NCBI GenBank assembly: GCA_951406725.2
Contig: OX597818.1
Coordinates: forward strand, 33,294,001 to 33,358,000
From: Octopus vulgaris
Taxonomy: Eukaryota
Length of the DNA: 64,000 nt
Direction of reading: 5' to 3'
The notes beneath the pieces were generated by a model. That model was not told where the DNA came from, did not search any database, and saw only the letters and a program-made list of their open reading frames with translations. Below are positions 27,100-41,711 of this stretch, in pieces. The first letter of the stretch is position 1, and each line of letters starts with the position of its first letter. The position numbers were made by a program, and so were the translations under genes.

Positions 27100-29525
27100 A
27101 ATTTTCTTCAACTGAATTATCTTCAATTCATACGATGATAATATTACCAATTTTCACAGGAGATATCGCTGTCTGGTTTACCCAGTTAGAAGCATTCTCT
27201 ACAAACAAGCAAAATTCAGACCAACAGTGACTCTACGTTTTACTTTACAACGTATCCATCAATTAAAAACGAAATTTTAAGAGGAACCTCGCTCTCTCCC
27301 GAAAAGGAGTTGCGAAAACTTCTCACCGATAAGAATTTAGGAGACAGAACACCATCGCAAATGCTCAGTAAAATGCGGAAACTCACAGAGGACAACCCTG
27401 CAGAAAGTAAGTTGCTTAAACAAATATTATTCTCCAGATTGCAACAGTATTTCCAAGGTATGCTCGTCCATTTGACCGACATTAGCACAGTCGACGAACT
27501 TGCAGCGTCGGCAGATAACAGTTTGGAGTATACAAAATCCACTCCAGAACAACAACTCTCCTTTGTCAGTTGTAGCAGTTTCTTCTGAATTTAAAGAATT
27601 TTGTGAATCTAGGCAAAGTACTATAGATAAGCTAATCGCAGAAATTCGTCTCTTGCGTATCTATAGAAGTTCTTCTCTTCATCGCTATCGTCGTTCTAAT
27701 TCCCGTTCTCCCAGCTGATCAAAATCTTTTTTGCTGATATCATTATAAGTTTGGTTGTGCAGCTAAGAAATGTATTTCACTTTGTACATTTAAAACTCAG
27801 GAAAGCTAAAAACCGAACTCCGAGCGTGACCGCAATTCCTGGCGCATGTTCCCCTAGTCGCTCATTTTTCATAGTATATTTCGAGTGTAAGAAGTAATTT
27901 CTAGTCGATACCGAAGCGTCCTGCAGTATATAGCTGTCTAAATTTGTCAAAGAAAACCTTTTCACTTCTGATATATCTCTTCAAGAAGTCAACAGCTCTC
28001 GTATTAAAACTTTCGGTGAGATTTCACTCACACTAGATCTGAATCTCAGACGAAGTTTCCAGTCGGTTTTCATCATTGCTGACCTTCCTCACCCAATTTT
28101 AGGAGCTGATTTCCCCCACCATTTTTCACTATTAGTAGATGTCAAAAGAAAGAGACTTATCGATAGCAATACACAGTTATGCGTTTTAGAAAGATATTTC
28201 AATTTCACTTCTGTCAGCCCCACTATTTTTTATTGTGGATCAACCAGACAAATATCAAGCCTTGCTTCTATCTTTTCCTGAATTAACAAATTTAACTTTC
28301 AATGTCAATGCTCCAACACAAACAACTAATGGTGGCTATACATCATATATATTTCTTTACTACCCACAAGGGGCTAAACACAGAGGGGACAAACAAGGAC
28401 AGACAAATGGATTAAGTCGATTATATCGACCCAGTGCGAAACTGGTACTTTATTTATCGACCCCGAGAGGATGGAAGGCAAAGTCGACCCCGGCCGAATT
28501 TGAACTCAGAACGTAACGACAGACGAAATACCGCTAAGCATTTCGTCCGGCGCGCTAACGTTTCTGCCAGCTCGTCGCCTTATTATTATACATCATATAG
28601 CCACCAATGGCTCTCCCGTTTTGTCGCTTCTTAGATGTTTATCACCTGAGAAGCTCAAAACTGCTACAGCAGAGTTCAGTCACATGCTCCAGCTTGGAAT
28701 AATTCCCCCCTCAAAGAGTAACTGACCATCACCACTCTGTTTAGCGAAAAATAAATCTAGTGATTTTAGACCTACTGGTGACTATAGACGACTCAACGCT
28801 ATTAACATTCCAGATAGATATCCTATATCGCTTAATTAAGATTTTGCATCTTCTCTACACGGTTGCATACAATCAGATTCCGGTAAAACCAAATGATATT
28901 TCGAAAACAAATGTTGCAATCCCATTCGGGTCATTTGAATTTCTTACCATGCCTTTTGGGTTAAGAAACGCCGCCAGTACTACAACGTTTCATTCATGAA
29001 GTAATACGTTGATTAGATTTCGTCTACGCTAATTCTTCCGAGAAAGAAAATGAGATTCATTTGAAGCAACTTTTCTAACGGTTTTCTCAATACAAAATTC
29101 GTATCAATGCTACCAAATGTATTTTCGGTGTGTCTTCACTCACTTTCCTTGGATACACCATTGATTAGGATGGAATTAGGCTTTTGCCAGAAAAAGTTGA
29201 GGCTATCGTGAAAATGCCAGTTCCTGTTTCATTAAGACAGCTCGGACAATTTCTTGGATTAGCTAATTTCTATCAACGTTTTATACTTCTGAAACTTTAT
29301 ACCCTCTCAACAAATTTCTGCAACATCACAAGAAGAGAACAGAAAATATAACTTTAACTCCTACTGAAATACAAACTTTGGACAATGTTAAACAGAAACT
29401 CTCTCGTGTCTCCATGTTAGCTCACCCCATTCCTCATGCCGAAATTTCTCTTGTAGTCAACGCATCCGATATTGGCGTCGGCGCAGTCATTCAACAACTC
29501 CACCATGGCGAATGGCAACCTCTCG
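27100..29525 (+). mobile_element. Ty3/Gypsy (CsRN1-like) gag-pol pseudogene, truncated in RNase H
   Basis: Gag: LPIF..AVWFTQLEAF, LGDRTPSQML..MR, C*YHYKFG..AKKC..C.F. Protease: FLVDTEAS, ILGADF. RT: DYRRLNA, DRYP, AYNQIPV, MPFGLRNAAST, FLG. RNase H: VNASDIGVGAVIQQ..WQPL. Many stops; the YxDD segment is deleted after LDFVYA; no integrase or 3' LTR. Confidence 0.9.
28350..28582 (-). mobile_element. SINE family A (tail B) nested in Gypsy pol
   Basis: Full-length reverse-complement copy with 13 bp TSD tatacatcatata at 28337-49 and 28587-99. Confidence 0.92.
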
Positions 29526-29934
29526 AGTTGACTAGTCGTCTAGACGAGATCATCTAATGCGTATAGGTCGAGCTGTAATCACACTACCAAGTATATCCTT
29601 CCATCCCTTTTATCAGGGTATGTAGAATTTTAAAGGAGATTTAGCTGATAGATTTTAAAATCCCCTACATGCGGTCGAAGCATAAAAGGTTTTTACATTC
29701 TACACTTATTATAATGCTAATAAATCTAAGAATCTTTTGAATGTCATAGATTACATTTTGGTGTTCTCATTAACATTTTGTTTTATTTTGGTGGATCCTT
29801 TGAACTCATAAGTCCGGTTACTCGGTTGCCGTGACGTATAAATTAACGATATCACGATAATCCACAAAGACGCTGGACCTTCGCACAATTCAACGCCATA
29901 AATTTATCTATATTTTTTTCTTTTTTTTACTCTC

Positions 29935-30100
29935 TTAAAGAGAAGGGATAAGTCAATTATGGTGACCCCAGTACACGATTGGTACATTATTTAATCGACT
30001 CAGTTGACCTCGTCGGGATTTGAACTCGGAAAGTAAAGAGCCGTAAGTATTGGTGCTAAATATTTTGTCTGATGTGATAATTCTGCTAGCTCACCGCTTT
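29935..30100 (-). mobile_element. Degenerate SINE family A
   Basis: gacctcgtcgggatttgaactc…ttctgctagctcaccgc is the reverse complement of the head. Confidence 0.65.
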
Positions 30101-30693
30101 CTTAATGCCACACATACCATTGTTACACCATTGTAACCCTAATTCTAAATTCTCGCTGAATTTCCAAAATTTAATGATAATCTAAAGAGATATGAAAATT
30201 ACGTCAGACTTTTTCACACTGATAACTTTGAAAACTATATATAAAAATATTGTAATGTATCTTTATAGATAATATATTAACATCTATTGTTCATTTTTCC
30301 CATAACGTATGAAAGTGCACAGATGAAGACTTAATTATGCAGACCACCCGCACTCAGACGCCTAAAACACAAATGCTTTTATTATGAGACACAATGTGCC
30401 CAAATGAAGACTTTTTTCTAGATAATTTTCATCATTACAGATTAAAATACATGAGCTGATAAATTAGGAATATATATATATATATACGTGCATACAGTCA
30501 CAGACACATACATATATTCATATCTATATATATATTTATACATGTATATCTATATATCAATATATATGTATGTGAGTATGTAAATACATACACACACATA
30601 TATATACAATGCATAATATATATATATTACAAATTATAGAAACGTATATAGTGTGAAATGCACAAAGATATAAACATATCTATATACTTTTAT

Positions 30694-30744
<51 letters not shown>

Positions 30745-30804
30745 CATACTTCTATTTATTTACATATGTATATATATGCATACCTACATACACGCATGTA
30801 TATA

Positions 30805-30934
<130 letters not shown>

Positions 30935-30948
30935 TATATATATATATA

Positions 30949-30999
<51 letters not shown>

Positions 31000-31590
31000 G
31001 CCCGTCTTTTGGAAACAGTATATATATATATATATACTATTAATATCTCGTCTCTTGAAAAATATGAGAATAACATATTCGCTATTTCCTTCTCCATTTT
31101 AAATATTTTGAATAATCTATAATGATCCTTGTTACATGCTACTGTATTTTCAGAACTATCATTCCAAAAAGTTTTCTAAATATTTTAAATAATGACACTT
31201 CTAGACTTAGCCAGGGCAAAGAAACTTATTTACCCATAACCAAAACAAAGCTTATGATAAATAGACTTCTATATTCACTACTGAAATATTCCCACGAGAA
31301 TCTTCCTTGAATTCTTATTTGTCGTTATTTCTTTACTTTTTGAATAATACCGTTTGTTCTTTGTGCATGATTTTCTAAAGAGTTAACCTAAAAGCGAAAT
31401 CGAATCGTTGGGATCTGCTACTGATTAAGATAGAAAAAAATTCATTATAAAGATTTGAATCTCTCTATTGAGGTAGCTTGGTATATAAGTCTATACGTTT
31501 ATACGTATGCGTACATATGTATGTAAATGCGTGTGTATTTACCGCTGTGTACGTGCATGTGTGAACGTGCTGGCAAATTTAACACTTGCC

Positions 31591-31642
<52 letters not shown>

Positions 31643-31649
31643 CAACAGC

Positions 31650-31718
<69 letters not shown>

Positions 31719-31814
31719 CATGTACATTGTGTGTTATCATGTACATTGTTTTGTCTTGGTATAAAAGATGGGCTACAGCAAATATTCTGCTCAATACCAC
31801 AGATTTGCTTGTCA

Positions 31815-32370
31815 GTTAGTTAGTTAGTTAGTTAGTTAATTTGGCTCAAAAGCAAATAGCAAGGCCATGTAGGGGGACATGGAGTTAAGTACAGGGTGGT
31901 GTTCATGTAAAGAGTTCAGGCCACTTGAAGTCCAGGGAGGCTTTGAACAAAGCGGTCGTCGGCATCTTCACCATCTCGTCTGGCAGCTTGTTCCACGGAT
32001 CCGCAACCCAGACGGAGAAAGCTCCTCTCCTTCGATTGAGATGAAATCGTCGCAGGTAGAGCTTTTCGGAATGACCCCGCAGCCGACGCTCCGGAGCAGG
32101 AGTGAAGAACAGCTCTTTCGAGAGGTTACACTTCCCGCTTATGATGTTGTGGGCGAGAATGAGATCACCACGGCGGCGGCGTTTTTCAAGAGAACAAAGG
32201 TCGAGCGTCCTCAGCCTTTCTTCGTAGGACAAATTTTTGAGACCATGAACCATGCGGGTAGCCAGCCTCTGGACTCTTTCGAGGTGCTGTATGTCTTTGA
32301 GGAGATAAGGAGAAGAGGCTTGAATCCCATACTCCAATATGGGTCTCACCAGCGTGACATAGAGTGGTTC
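31815..32370 (-). mobile_element. 5'-truncated CR1-clade LINE 3' end with (TAAC)n tail
   Basis: Uninterrupted frame RPILEYG..SPYL.KDI..LERVQR.ATRMV.GL..LSYEERL..L.L.SLE.RR.RGDLI…RGH..KL…WN.LP is the canonical CR1 ORF2 C-terminus. The tail repeat lies at 31815-31838. Confidence 0.92.
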
Positions 32371-32674
32371 TTCTCTAATTGATAATCATTACTTAATTAT
32401 TGGCATATGTTTAGTTCTAATAAATAAATTATTTAATTTAATGTATATAGATTAAATTATAGTATTTCAGTTTTCACTCATGTATAATTTGTCCTTTTAC
32501 CAATTGCATATGTTTTATTTTATACTTTACTTAATTATTGGTATACGTTTTTATTGTAAATCTAATTTTTTTTTCTATATGGTATAATTTAATTTAATCA
32601 TTCATATTTTATTGTTGAATTGATAAAAGGTGTTTCTTCACTGATTTATATACATACATACATACATACATACA

Positions 32675-32706
<32 letters not shown>

Positions 32707-32731
32707 CATACATATATATACATACATACAT

Positions 32732-32778
<47 letters not shown>

Positions 32779-32950
32779 TAGATAGATAGATAGATAGATA
32801 AATAAATACATACATACATACATACATAAATATATGTATGTATGTATGTATAAAGTAACAACAACAGCAACAATAACAATAATAATAATAATAATAATCC
32901 ATGTAAGGAGTTTATGAATATTTTAATTAAAACACGAATTCCATCTATGG

Positions 32951-32995
<45 letters not shown>

Positions 32996-32997
<2 letters not shown>

Positions 32998-33355
32998 AGG
33001 TGGCGAGCTGGCAGAAGTGTTGGCACGCCGGGTGAAGTACCTAGCGTTATTTCGTCTACCGCTACGTTCAAGGTTCAAATTCCGCCGAGGTCGACTTTAC
33101 CTTTCATCCTTTCGGGGTCGATAAATTAAGTACCAGTTACGCACTGGGGTCGATATAATCCGTTTGTCCGTCCTTGTTTGTTCTCTCTGTGTTTAGCCCC
33201 TTGTGGGTAGTAAAGAAATAGAAATAGGTATTCCGCAGAGGTCGACTTTGCATTTCATATTTTCGTGGTGAATTAAAAATAGGTACGTACCAGTAACACA
33301 CTGGGGACGATGTAAACGAATTAATCCCTTACCCCATATTTGTAGAAAGTATTAT
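32996..33355 (+). mobile_element. SINE family A dimer (tail B copy followed by an older partial body)
   Basis: Head, body and tail B, then gaaataggtattccgcagaggtcgac and a diverged second body. Confidence 0.85.
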
Positions 33356-33559
33356 CATTAATATTACTGTATTTATCCTACGTTATATCGACAGAACTCG
33401 ATACGATCCCATAAGACCGCTGTTGCAGGTTAGAATCACTAAATAGTAAACGACATAATAAAATAGGGGGGTTTATATACGTACCCAAAGAACAAACGTT
33501 TCCCGTAAGCGAACCTCAACGACGGACGGACACACACACACACTCACACACACACACAT

Positions 33560-33606
<47 letters not shown>

Positions 33607-33710
33607 TAAACGCACACGCATATATACATATGGGGGGGTGTCCGTGTATGTGTATATATATATATATATTATATGTATGTGTGTGTATGTGTGTGTGAGT
33701 ATGTATATAT

Positions 33711-33928
33711 ATTTCTTTACTACCCACAAGGGGCTAAACACAAAGAGGACAAACGGATTAAGTCGATTACATCGACACCAGTGAGTAACTGGTACTTAAT
33801 TTATTGACCCCGAAAGGATGAAAAGCAAAGTCGACCTCGGCGGAATTTGAACTCGGAACGTAACGACAGACGAAATACGGCTACGCATTTCGCCTGGCGT
33901 GCTAACGTTTCTGCCAGCTCGCCGCCTT
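33711..33928 (-). mobile_element. SINE family A (tail B)
   Basis: Near full-length reverse-complement copy. Confidence 0.9.
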
Positions 33929-34019
33929 TGCGCGTGCGTATGTATATATAAAGAACCATATGTCTACCATGCTTCAATTTTGAATCGATCGTTGGATTAT
34001 ACACACACACGCACGCACA

Positions 34020-34063
<44 letters not shown>

Positions 34064-34331
34064 CCCACACATGCACACACACATGCATACGCACAAACAC
34101 ACACGCATGTATACATATATACACCCACATATGCGTATAGAATTAACTCAGTCATTTTTGGTGTAAATACATCTCTGAGACCTATTGCAATCTGAGCTGT
34201 GAAGGAAGAGATGTGCCGTGTTACCGTATGTGTATGGTTCTAGTTAATCCTCTGCTAACATTTTCAGTTACATACGACTGTATACTATTATCTTTACTTT
34301 TGGTAAGTTTCAGGCAATTATTTGTCTAATA

Positions 34332-34705
34332 CAATGGTTCTAATATGGCCATATGGCCCGTGAGGATCCTTAATTTGTTTAGGGGTCCATGCAATAAAAT
34401 CGCAAATTAGTGACCCCAAATAATATTTTAAACATCCATGAAAACAAGTTTGCTTAGATATATATATTGTTAAGTATTGTAGGAAACTGCTAGTTTTTTT
34501 TTTCTCGTGCGTTTTACATTGCTCAATCTATACAAGAAATTGTGCGAAAAAGAAAAGCAAAAAGGAATTTCGAAAGAAGTATCATTAAAAAGAATTTCTG
34601 AACATCAAATGGTATGGAGATACCCCTGAATAAAACAGTCAAAGGCAAAAAATGGTCAAAAGTAGTCGAAGGGCTCCATAAACAAAGCATGGTTGAGAAC
34701 CCTTG
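34332..34705. mobile_element. hAT (Charlie-like) MITE
   Basis: TIRs caatggttc…/…gttgagaacccttg. The 8 bp TSD gtctaata (34324-31) / gtctaaaa (34706-13) fits the NTCTAGAN-type preference. Confidence 0.7.
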
Positions 34706-34954
34706 GTCTAAAAGAAAGTAAAGAAATGGTGTTGGTGGCTGTGGTGGTTGTGATGGTGGTGGTTGTAGTACTTGACTGCCCTTCGAAATGGTTGAACAAC
34801 AAATTCCAGAGAGTCAGGATTCAGAGTTGTACTACAATTCGTCGAAATGTTGCCCAATTAAACCCTGAGTAGACCGGAGCAACTACAAATGAAGATCTTT
34901 TGTTCAGGAACACGTGTACAGCCGACCTAGGAACAGAAATCACGACTTCTACTC

Positions 34955-34993
<39 letters not shown>

Positions 34994-35022
34994 TATAAAC
35001 ACTCATAAAATTCATATTGTCA

Positions 35023-35235
35023 TTAAGGCGGGGAGCTGGCAGAAACGTTTGCACGCCGGACGATATGCTTAACGTTATTTCGTCTGTCTGTACGTTCAAA
35101 TTCAACAAAGGTTGAATCTGCATTTCATCCTTTCGGGGGTCGATAAATTAAGTACCAGTTGCGTACTTGGGACGATCTAATCGACTGGATCCCTCCGCCC
35201 AAATTTCGGCCCTTGTGCCTAGAAGTAGACAATAA
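35023..35235 (+). mobile_element. SINE family A (tail A)
   Basis: Head taaggcggggagctggcagaaacg, body, and tail cccttgtgcctagaagtag. Confidence 0.85.
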
Positions 35236-35553
35236 AATTCATCTTAGCATTGTTTTGTTGCTTAACAGTCAGTGTCAACAAAAACAGCAGTAATAAATCA
35301 ACAATATCAATAAAACTGTGATTTTATTTCCAGTCTAGCTTATTTGAGATTTACAAAGGGAATATTGCGACCATCAGGGATTAAACTTTCAAAGTAGTGA
35401 GAGTTTATGTGGCTTGACACAAATTTTCGTCCTTATGCCCCTTGTATGATAAGGAATAGGTGAAAAAGTATAGCAACGATTACTCTAATCTATCAAAACA
35501 GATCACCAGACACGCACAGATATATATGTATACATACAAATATCCCCCTCATT

Positions 35554-35631
<78 letters not shown>

Positions 35632-35634
35632 ATA

Positions 35635-35722
<88 letters not shown>

Positions 35723-35727
<5 letters not shown>

Positions 35728-36025
35728 CACCATCCGTTCGTGTCCGTTGCCAGCATCGCCTGGCCCCGAGCCGGTGACACGTAAAAGCACCATCCGTTCG
35801 TGGCCGTTCACCAGCTCTGTCTGGCACCTGTGCAGGTGGCACGTAACAAACACCCACTACACTCGCGGAGTGGTTGGCGTTAGGAAGGGCATCCAGCCGT
35901 AGAAACACTGCTAGATCTGACTGGGCCTGACGAAGCCTTCCAGCTTCACAGACCCCAGTTGACCCGTCCAACCCATGCTAGCATGGAAAACGGACGCTAA
36001 ACGATGATGATGATGATGATGATGA

Positions 36026-36027
<2 letters not shown>
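35723..36027 (+). mobile_element. RTE-related non-autonomous element or SINE 3' part with (GAT)n tail
   Basis: About 60 bp tandem units (aaagcaccatccgttcgtg…ggtg(a/g)cacgtaa), an RTE-UTR-like gttggcgttaggaagggcatccagc, and an RTE-like 3' end acccatgctagcatggaaaacggacgctaaac(gat)n. Confidence 0.7.
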
Positions 36028-36068
<41 letters not shown>

Positions 36069-37992
36069 CACACACACTCAGAAGGGAAAGACAGAATATA
36101 TATATATATATATAGATATGTATATATACGAGAGATTTTGGTTTGCAGAAGATCCAAAAGTCTATGTAAGTGCTATGATAGGACCACTGTTAGGCTTCGG
36201 TTTAATAATAGCACGACCTATGTATAGATATCGGAGTAATGGCGCTAAGCAGTGTTTACGTATATATATATTAACAGTCAGTCATGCAATTTTTTTCCTC
36301 TACTCAGTAAACAAATTGGCGAATGCATTATTCCGATAAATGCTGAAAGAGCCTTTCTGCTTTGCAATAGTTCGTTCCTGCGGACTGCTTTCTCTATCCT
36401 GAGTACACTGACAATGGAACTGTTTCAAAGTTCCAAGAAGCTAAGTGTTTACACTTTCATGAGATCTGAAAAACGCCCGGTCTTATACATGATTCTCATT
36501 CTCTGATGAATCTAATGGAAGTTAATCTTCTATCATATCTCTTTAGATATCATGAAATCGTTAAGATTCTTCTGTTATTTATAGTTCCGCACCAAGATTT
36601 TTGCAGTAAAGCTGACGTATGTTCAAAAAGAATTCGAGAGGTGATTACCCTAACTCAAGATTTATGAAGAGCATATACGTTATTTTTACACTAAAGTATA
36701 GACTATTGCGATAGAGCTGTCTAGGAGATTCATTCAGCCACGAGAAAAATCACTCGTTTTCCGTCGAAGATTAGCTTTCCTCTCGAGTAATAGAGTCACA
36801 ATCTTATACACATAAAATGAAATCTAGTATAATCAGACCACTAAATTATTACTGCAACACGAGGGAGATTTGATGTCCTGGCTGTTATATATATATATAT
36901 CACAATACTATGAAACTATTGCATAGTTTTATATATATATATATATATATATGTATCACCTTGATCACCTTAACCGACCAGTACGTCAGGCGTCCATTTG
37001 ACACCGCTGGTCACATCACGCTGTCCACTCCTCTCTGGATCGCGCCTTTATCATCCACGTGATCCCAATCGTTCTCCTGAAATCGTAACTCTTTTTATTT
37101 CCGAAAAATTTTATCCAATATCAATGGCCAGCTTATTAAAAGATACCTGTAAAGGTTACATTTATTGCCCTTGTTTATAAGTTTTATATATATATATATA
37201 TATATATATAATACCAATATATTATAAATAGTACGCAAACTGCCTTTAAAGTTCACCCTAGTCTATGAACAGGACACAGGATAACGTGTCCTGTTTGCAC
37301 TGAACTTAGAGAGAGTTGAGATGTACACGGTTGGATTATCTTTCGTCATATCTAGTCCCGATCAGGGTTGGCCAGGAGCTAAACAGCAACAACAACATCA
37401 GCATTATCTTTTCGGATAGCTGCCTGCCATACGAAAATTTGCTTACATGAAAGAAAAAAAAGAAAAAAAAGTATCATTAATATTGATGTTGGTGACAAAA
37501 CCAGCGCGAGTAATATCTGAAAATATATCACTCTTCTTATCGTAGTAAAATACTTAAAAACAACAAAACTAGCCACAATTTTTAATATATGTGTCAATCA
37601 ATAGAGAAAAGGGTAATAGAAATTTCAATTTTCAGCAGATATGATATTGAAATGGAAGAAATAAAATGTAAAAAGTTATTACTTTATAATCTGTATTTAT
37701 GTATGTATATTGCGCGAGCGAGTGCCTGTATCTCTCAGTAGATAAATACGTATGGGCGCGCGTGTGTGTATGTGTGTGTGTGTGTGTGTACGTGCGTATG
37801 TGTGTCTATGTGTATGATCGTACATAGTAATGGTTGTATATCTGCATATAGACGTGTATGTATTTATATGCATATGTACGAGCGCACCCCCCATACAAAT
37901 ACACATACACACATTATGCGCATAAACGTATGCATGTGCATATGAGTGCATACATAGATGTATACGGATATGCATATATATATATATATATA

Positions 37993-38048
<56 letters not shown>

Positions 38049-38139
38049 GAGAGAGAGAGAGAGAGAGATGAGAGAGACAAAACGAAAGATACATAAAATA
38101 TGTACACACATATATATATATATACATACATATATATGC

Positions 38140-38180
<41 letters not shown>

Positions 38181-38279
38181 CCGAGAGACAGAGAGAGATA
38201 GTTAGATGTAGGTATAGATAGATATTCATATTTATAACTTTTTCTATATATATGCATGCACATATACACATATATATGT

Positions 38280-38315
<36 letters not shown>

Positions 38316-38877
38316 TATAGATAGATAGATAGTGTAGTATATGTATGTATATATATATATATATGATAATGCATAAGTTGGTCGTATGGGTTTTCTGATA
38401 TTATCCCTCGTTAGTGATATATAATATATTTATGAAAACGTTGAGTACACATGTGCCAAAATTGATTTAGGATGACCGAAATAGAAATTCGATTTTCCAT
38501 GTCAACACGAAATGTTAATTAAAGAAACTTAAAACATTCATCCTTTGAAATCTTTGTCAAAATAGAAATAATTACGTATAAAAATGAAATAAAATCGAAA
38601 CGTTGAAATATTGTATTTAATCTACACACATACACACACAAACAAACACATCTCTGTCTGTCTGTCTCTCTGTCTCTCTGTTTCTCTCTCTCTCTCTCTT
38701 ACTCTCTTTCCCTCTCTGTCTCAATCTCTTTCATAGAGGATCTGGGTATCATTTTCTTTCTCTGCCTTTGCATCTTCTCCTTTCTCTCTGTATCTCTGCC
38801 TGTGTCTGTGTTTCTTCCTGTGTATGTAAGGAGGTTACCATAAAAACACACACTCGCACATACACACACACGCACAC

Positions 38878-38934
<57 letters not shown>

Positions 38935-39052
38935 TACATATATATATATAATATATATATATACATATATGTATACATATATATACACAAACAAATATAT
39001 AGATATATATATATATATATGCATATATATATATCTATATCTATAGATAGAT

Positions 39053-39116
<64 letters not shown>

Positions 39117-39960
39117 TAGATATATGCATATATATATATATATATATGATAATGCATAAGTTGGTCGTATGGGTTTTCTGATATTATCCCTCGTTAGTGA
39201 TATATAATATATTTATGAAAACGTTGAGTACACATGTGCCAAAATTGATTTCAGTACCAAAATAACTTTTTCTCATTAAATCAACTTGCGAAATATATTC
39301 GGTAGAATAAAATGAAAATAAAATAAATAATCAACTGGTGGAAATTAATTAGCATTTCAATTTTCTTTTCTGGTTTAAGAACGAAATATATTGAAGTATA
39401 AAGAAGACTGTTATCAATAATCAATCAAGGATTTTATATATTGTATTTAATCTACACACATACACACACAAACATATACATCTCTGTCTGTCTGTCTCTC
39501 TGTCTCTCTCTGTCTCTCTCTGTCTCCCTCTCTCGCTGTCTCTCTCACTCTCTCTCGTACAATCTTTCTCACTCTATCTAAATCTCTTTCATTGACGATG
39601 TGGGTATCATTTTCTTTCTATGCCTTTGCATCTCCTTTCTCTCTGGATTTATTTGATCGGTGTCTTTTGTCGAACCGCTAAGTTATGGGGACGTAAAAAC
39701 ACCATCATCGGTTGTCAAGCGATCTTGGGGGACAAATAGACACAAGCACACACATACGCATGCACACACACACGCACACAAACACACACACACATGTATA
39801 TGTAAGAGATTATAATGCAAGCTGCGTTCTCACGAAATACATTTGCCGATTCCAGCTATCAATTGTTTGTAGATGTTTTATTTTATATGACAGATTCACA
39901 CATACAAGTTGAAATAACTGCTCCAAAATATCAGTCGCAGAGTATGTTTATATATATATA

Positions 39961-40375
39961 GGCGCAGGAGTGGCTGTGTGGTAAGTAGCTTGCTAACCAA
40001 CCACATGGTTCTGGGTTCAGTCCCACTGCGTGGCATCTTGGCCAAGTGTCTTCTGCTATAGCCCCGGGCCGACCAATGCCTTGTGAGTGGATTTGGTAGA
40101 CGGAAACTGAAAGAAGCCTGTCGTATATATGTATATATATATATATATGTATGTGTGTGTTTGTGTGTCTGTGTTTGTCCCCCCAGCATTGCTTGACAAG
40201 CGATGCTGGTGTGTTTACGTCCCCGTCACTTAGCGGTTCGGCAAAAGAGACCGATAGAATAAGTACTGGGCTTACAAAGAATAAGTCCCGGGGTCGATTT
40301 GCTCGACTAAAGGCGGTACTCCAGCATGGCCGCAGTCAAATGACTGAAACAAGTAAAAGAGAAAAGTGAAAGAGA
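39961..40375 (+). mobile_element. Full-length tRNA-headed SINE family C with internal (TA)n(TG)n
   Basis: A-box TGGCTGTGTGG and B-box GGTTCAGTCCC, then a CORE-like cttggccaagtgtctt segment, an internal microsatellite and a 3' tail. Multiple copies occur in the window. Confidence 0.88.
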
Positions 40376-40869
40376 ATATATATGCGTGTGTGTGTGTATT
40401 TACGTATGCAAGAATGTATGCTTATGTATATATGCTATGCTGCCTATCCGCAATGGCTTCCTAACACAGTTGTTTTAACTGCATAATTCTTTCTTGGAAA
40501 TGTTCATTTACCTCTATCATTCTGGCATGATAATCATCACAATCTTGTGTCGACCGTAGCACACTTATTAACTTCTTTACTTCCTGGCTCCTTTCAGCCT
40601 ACACTTTACGCCCAATCTCCGACCTGTCAACACAATTAACTAAAAAGCATGGACAATGGTGTGCACTGAATTCCAAAGCATCATGTTCCTGCAGACTTTT
40701 AACACTTCAAATGTAAAGAACATTTGCATTTTATAGTATCACCACGTACTCTCAAATATGTGTGTTTCTATGTATGTATACATACATATAGATTAATGTA
40801 TAGATAAATGTATATATATATATATATACATATATATCCATTTTCTATATATCCATTTTCTATATATAT

Positions 40870-41033
40870 ATATCTTTTATTCTTTAATTCTTTTATTTGT
40901 TTCAATCTTTGTAAGCTTAGGATTTATTTGATCGGTGTCTTTTGTCGAACCGCTAAGTTATGGGGACGTAAAAACACCATCATCGATTGTCAAACGATCT
41001 TGGGGGACAAATAGACACAAGCACACACATACG

Positions 41034-41120
<87 letters not shown>

Positions 41121-41420
41121 GACAGACTTCTTTCGGTTTCCGTCTACCAAATCCACTAGGCTCTAGTACAATACACTTGCCCAAGGTGCCTAAGTTTGTA
41201 TTCTTATATATATATGTAGATATATATTCGTTTCCTTCTTCTTTTATTTGTTTCAGTCATTTGACTGCAGCCATGCTGGAGCACTGCCTTTAGTCGAAAT
41301 AATCGACCCCAGAACTTATTCTTTGTAAACCTAGTACCTATTCTATCGATCTGTTTTGCCTAAATGCTAGGTTATGGGGACGTAAACAAACCAACATCAG
41401 CTATGAAATGATAGTGGGGG
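40870..41420 (-). mobile_element. Two SINE family C fragments
   Basis: Reverse-complement matches to the tail and body of 39961-40375 at about 40870-41190 and 41230-41420. Confidence 0.78.
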
Positions 41421-41711
41421 GACCGCGGAACGAAAACTGTATATATTAATAGTTTTCTATACAAAAGAATTGAAGCAGCGTGTGGTCCCCTAATTTCCCT
41501 TGTTTCCTTTTAACGTTTATTATTAATTATTTGTGCTAAACTCACCTAAAGAATACATATGGCAATATAATTTCAGTTGAACTCTGAGCATGTATATTGT
41601 GAAAACGTATCTCTATAGCTTTATTTTTCATATATATTAACACATAGAATAAAACTAATCTCCACGTTCATTAAAAATTTAAGCTAGTTTTAATTACATA
41701 ATGTATATATG

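Noticed and set aside
31879-32382. 167 aa plus-strand ORF
   Set aside because: It is the antisense shadow of the CR1 ORF2 fragment.
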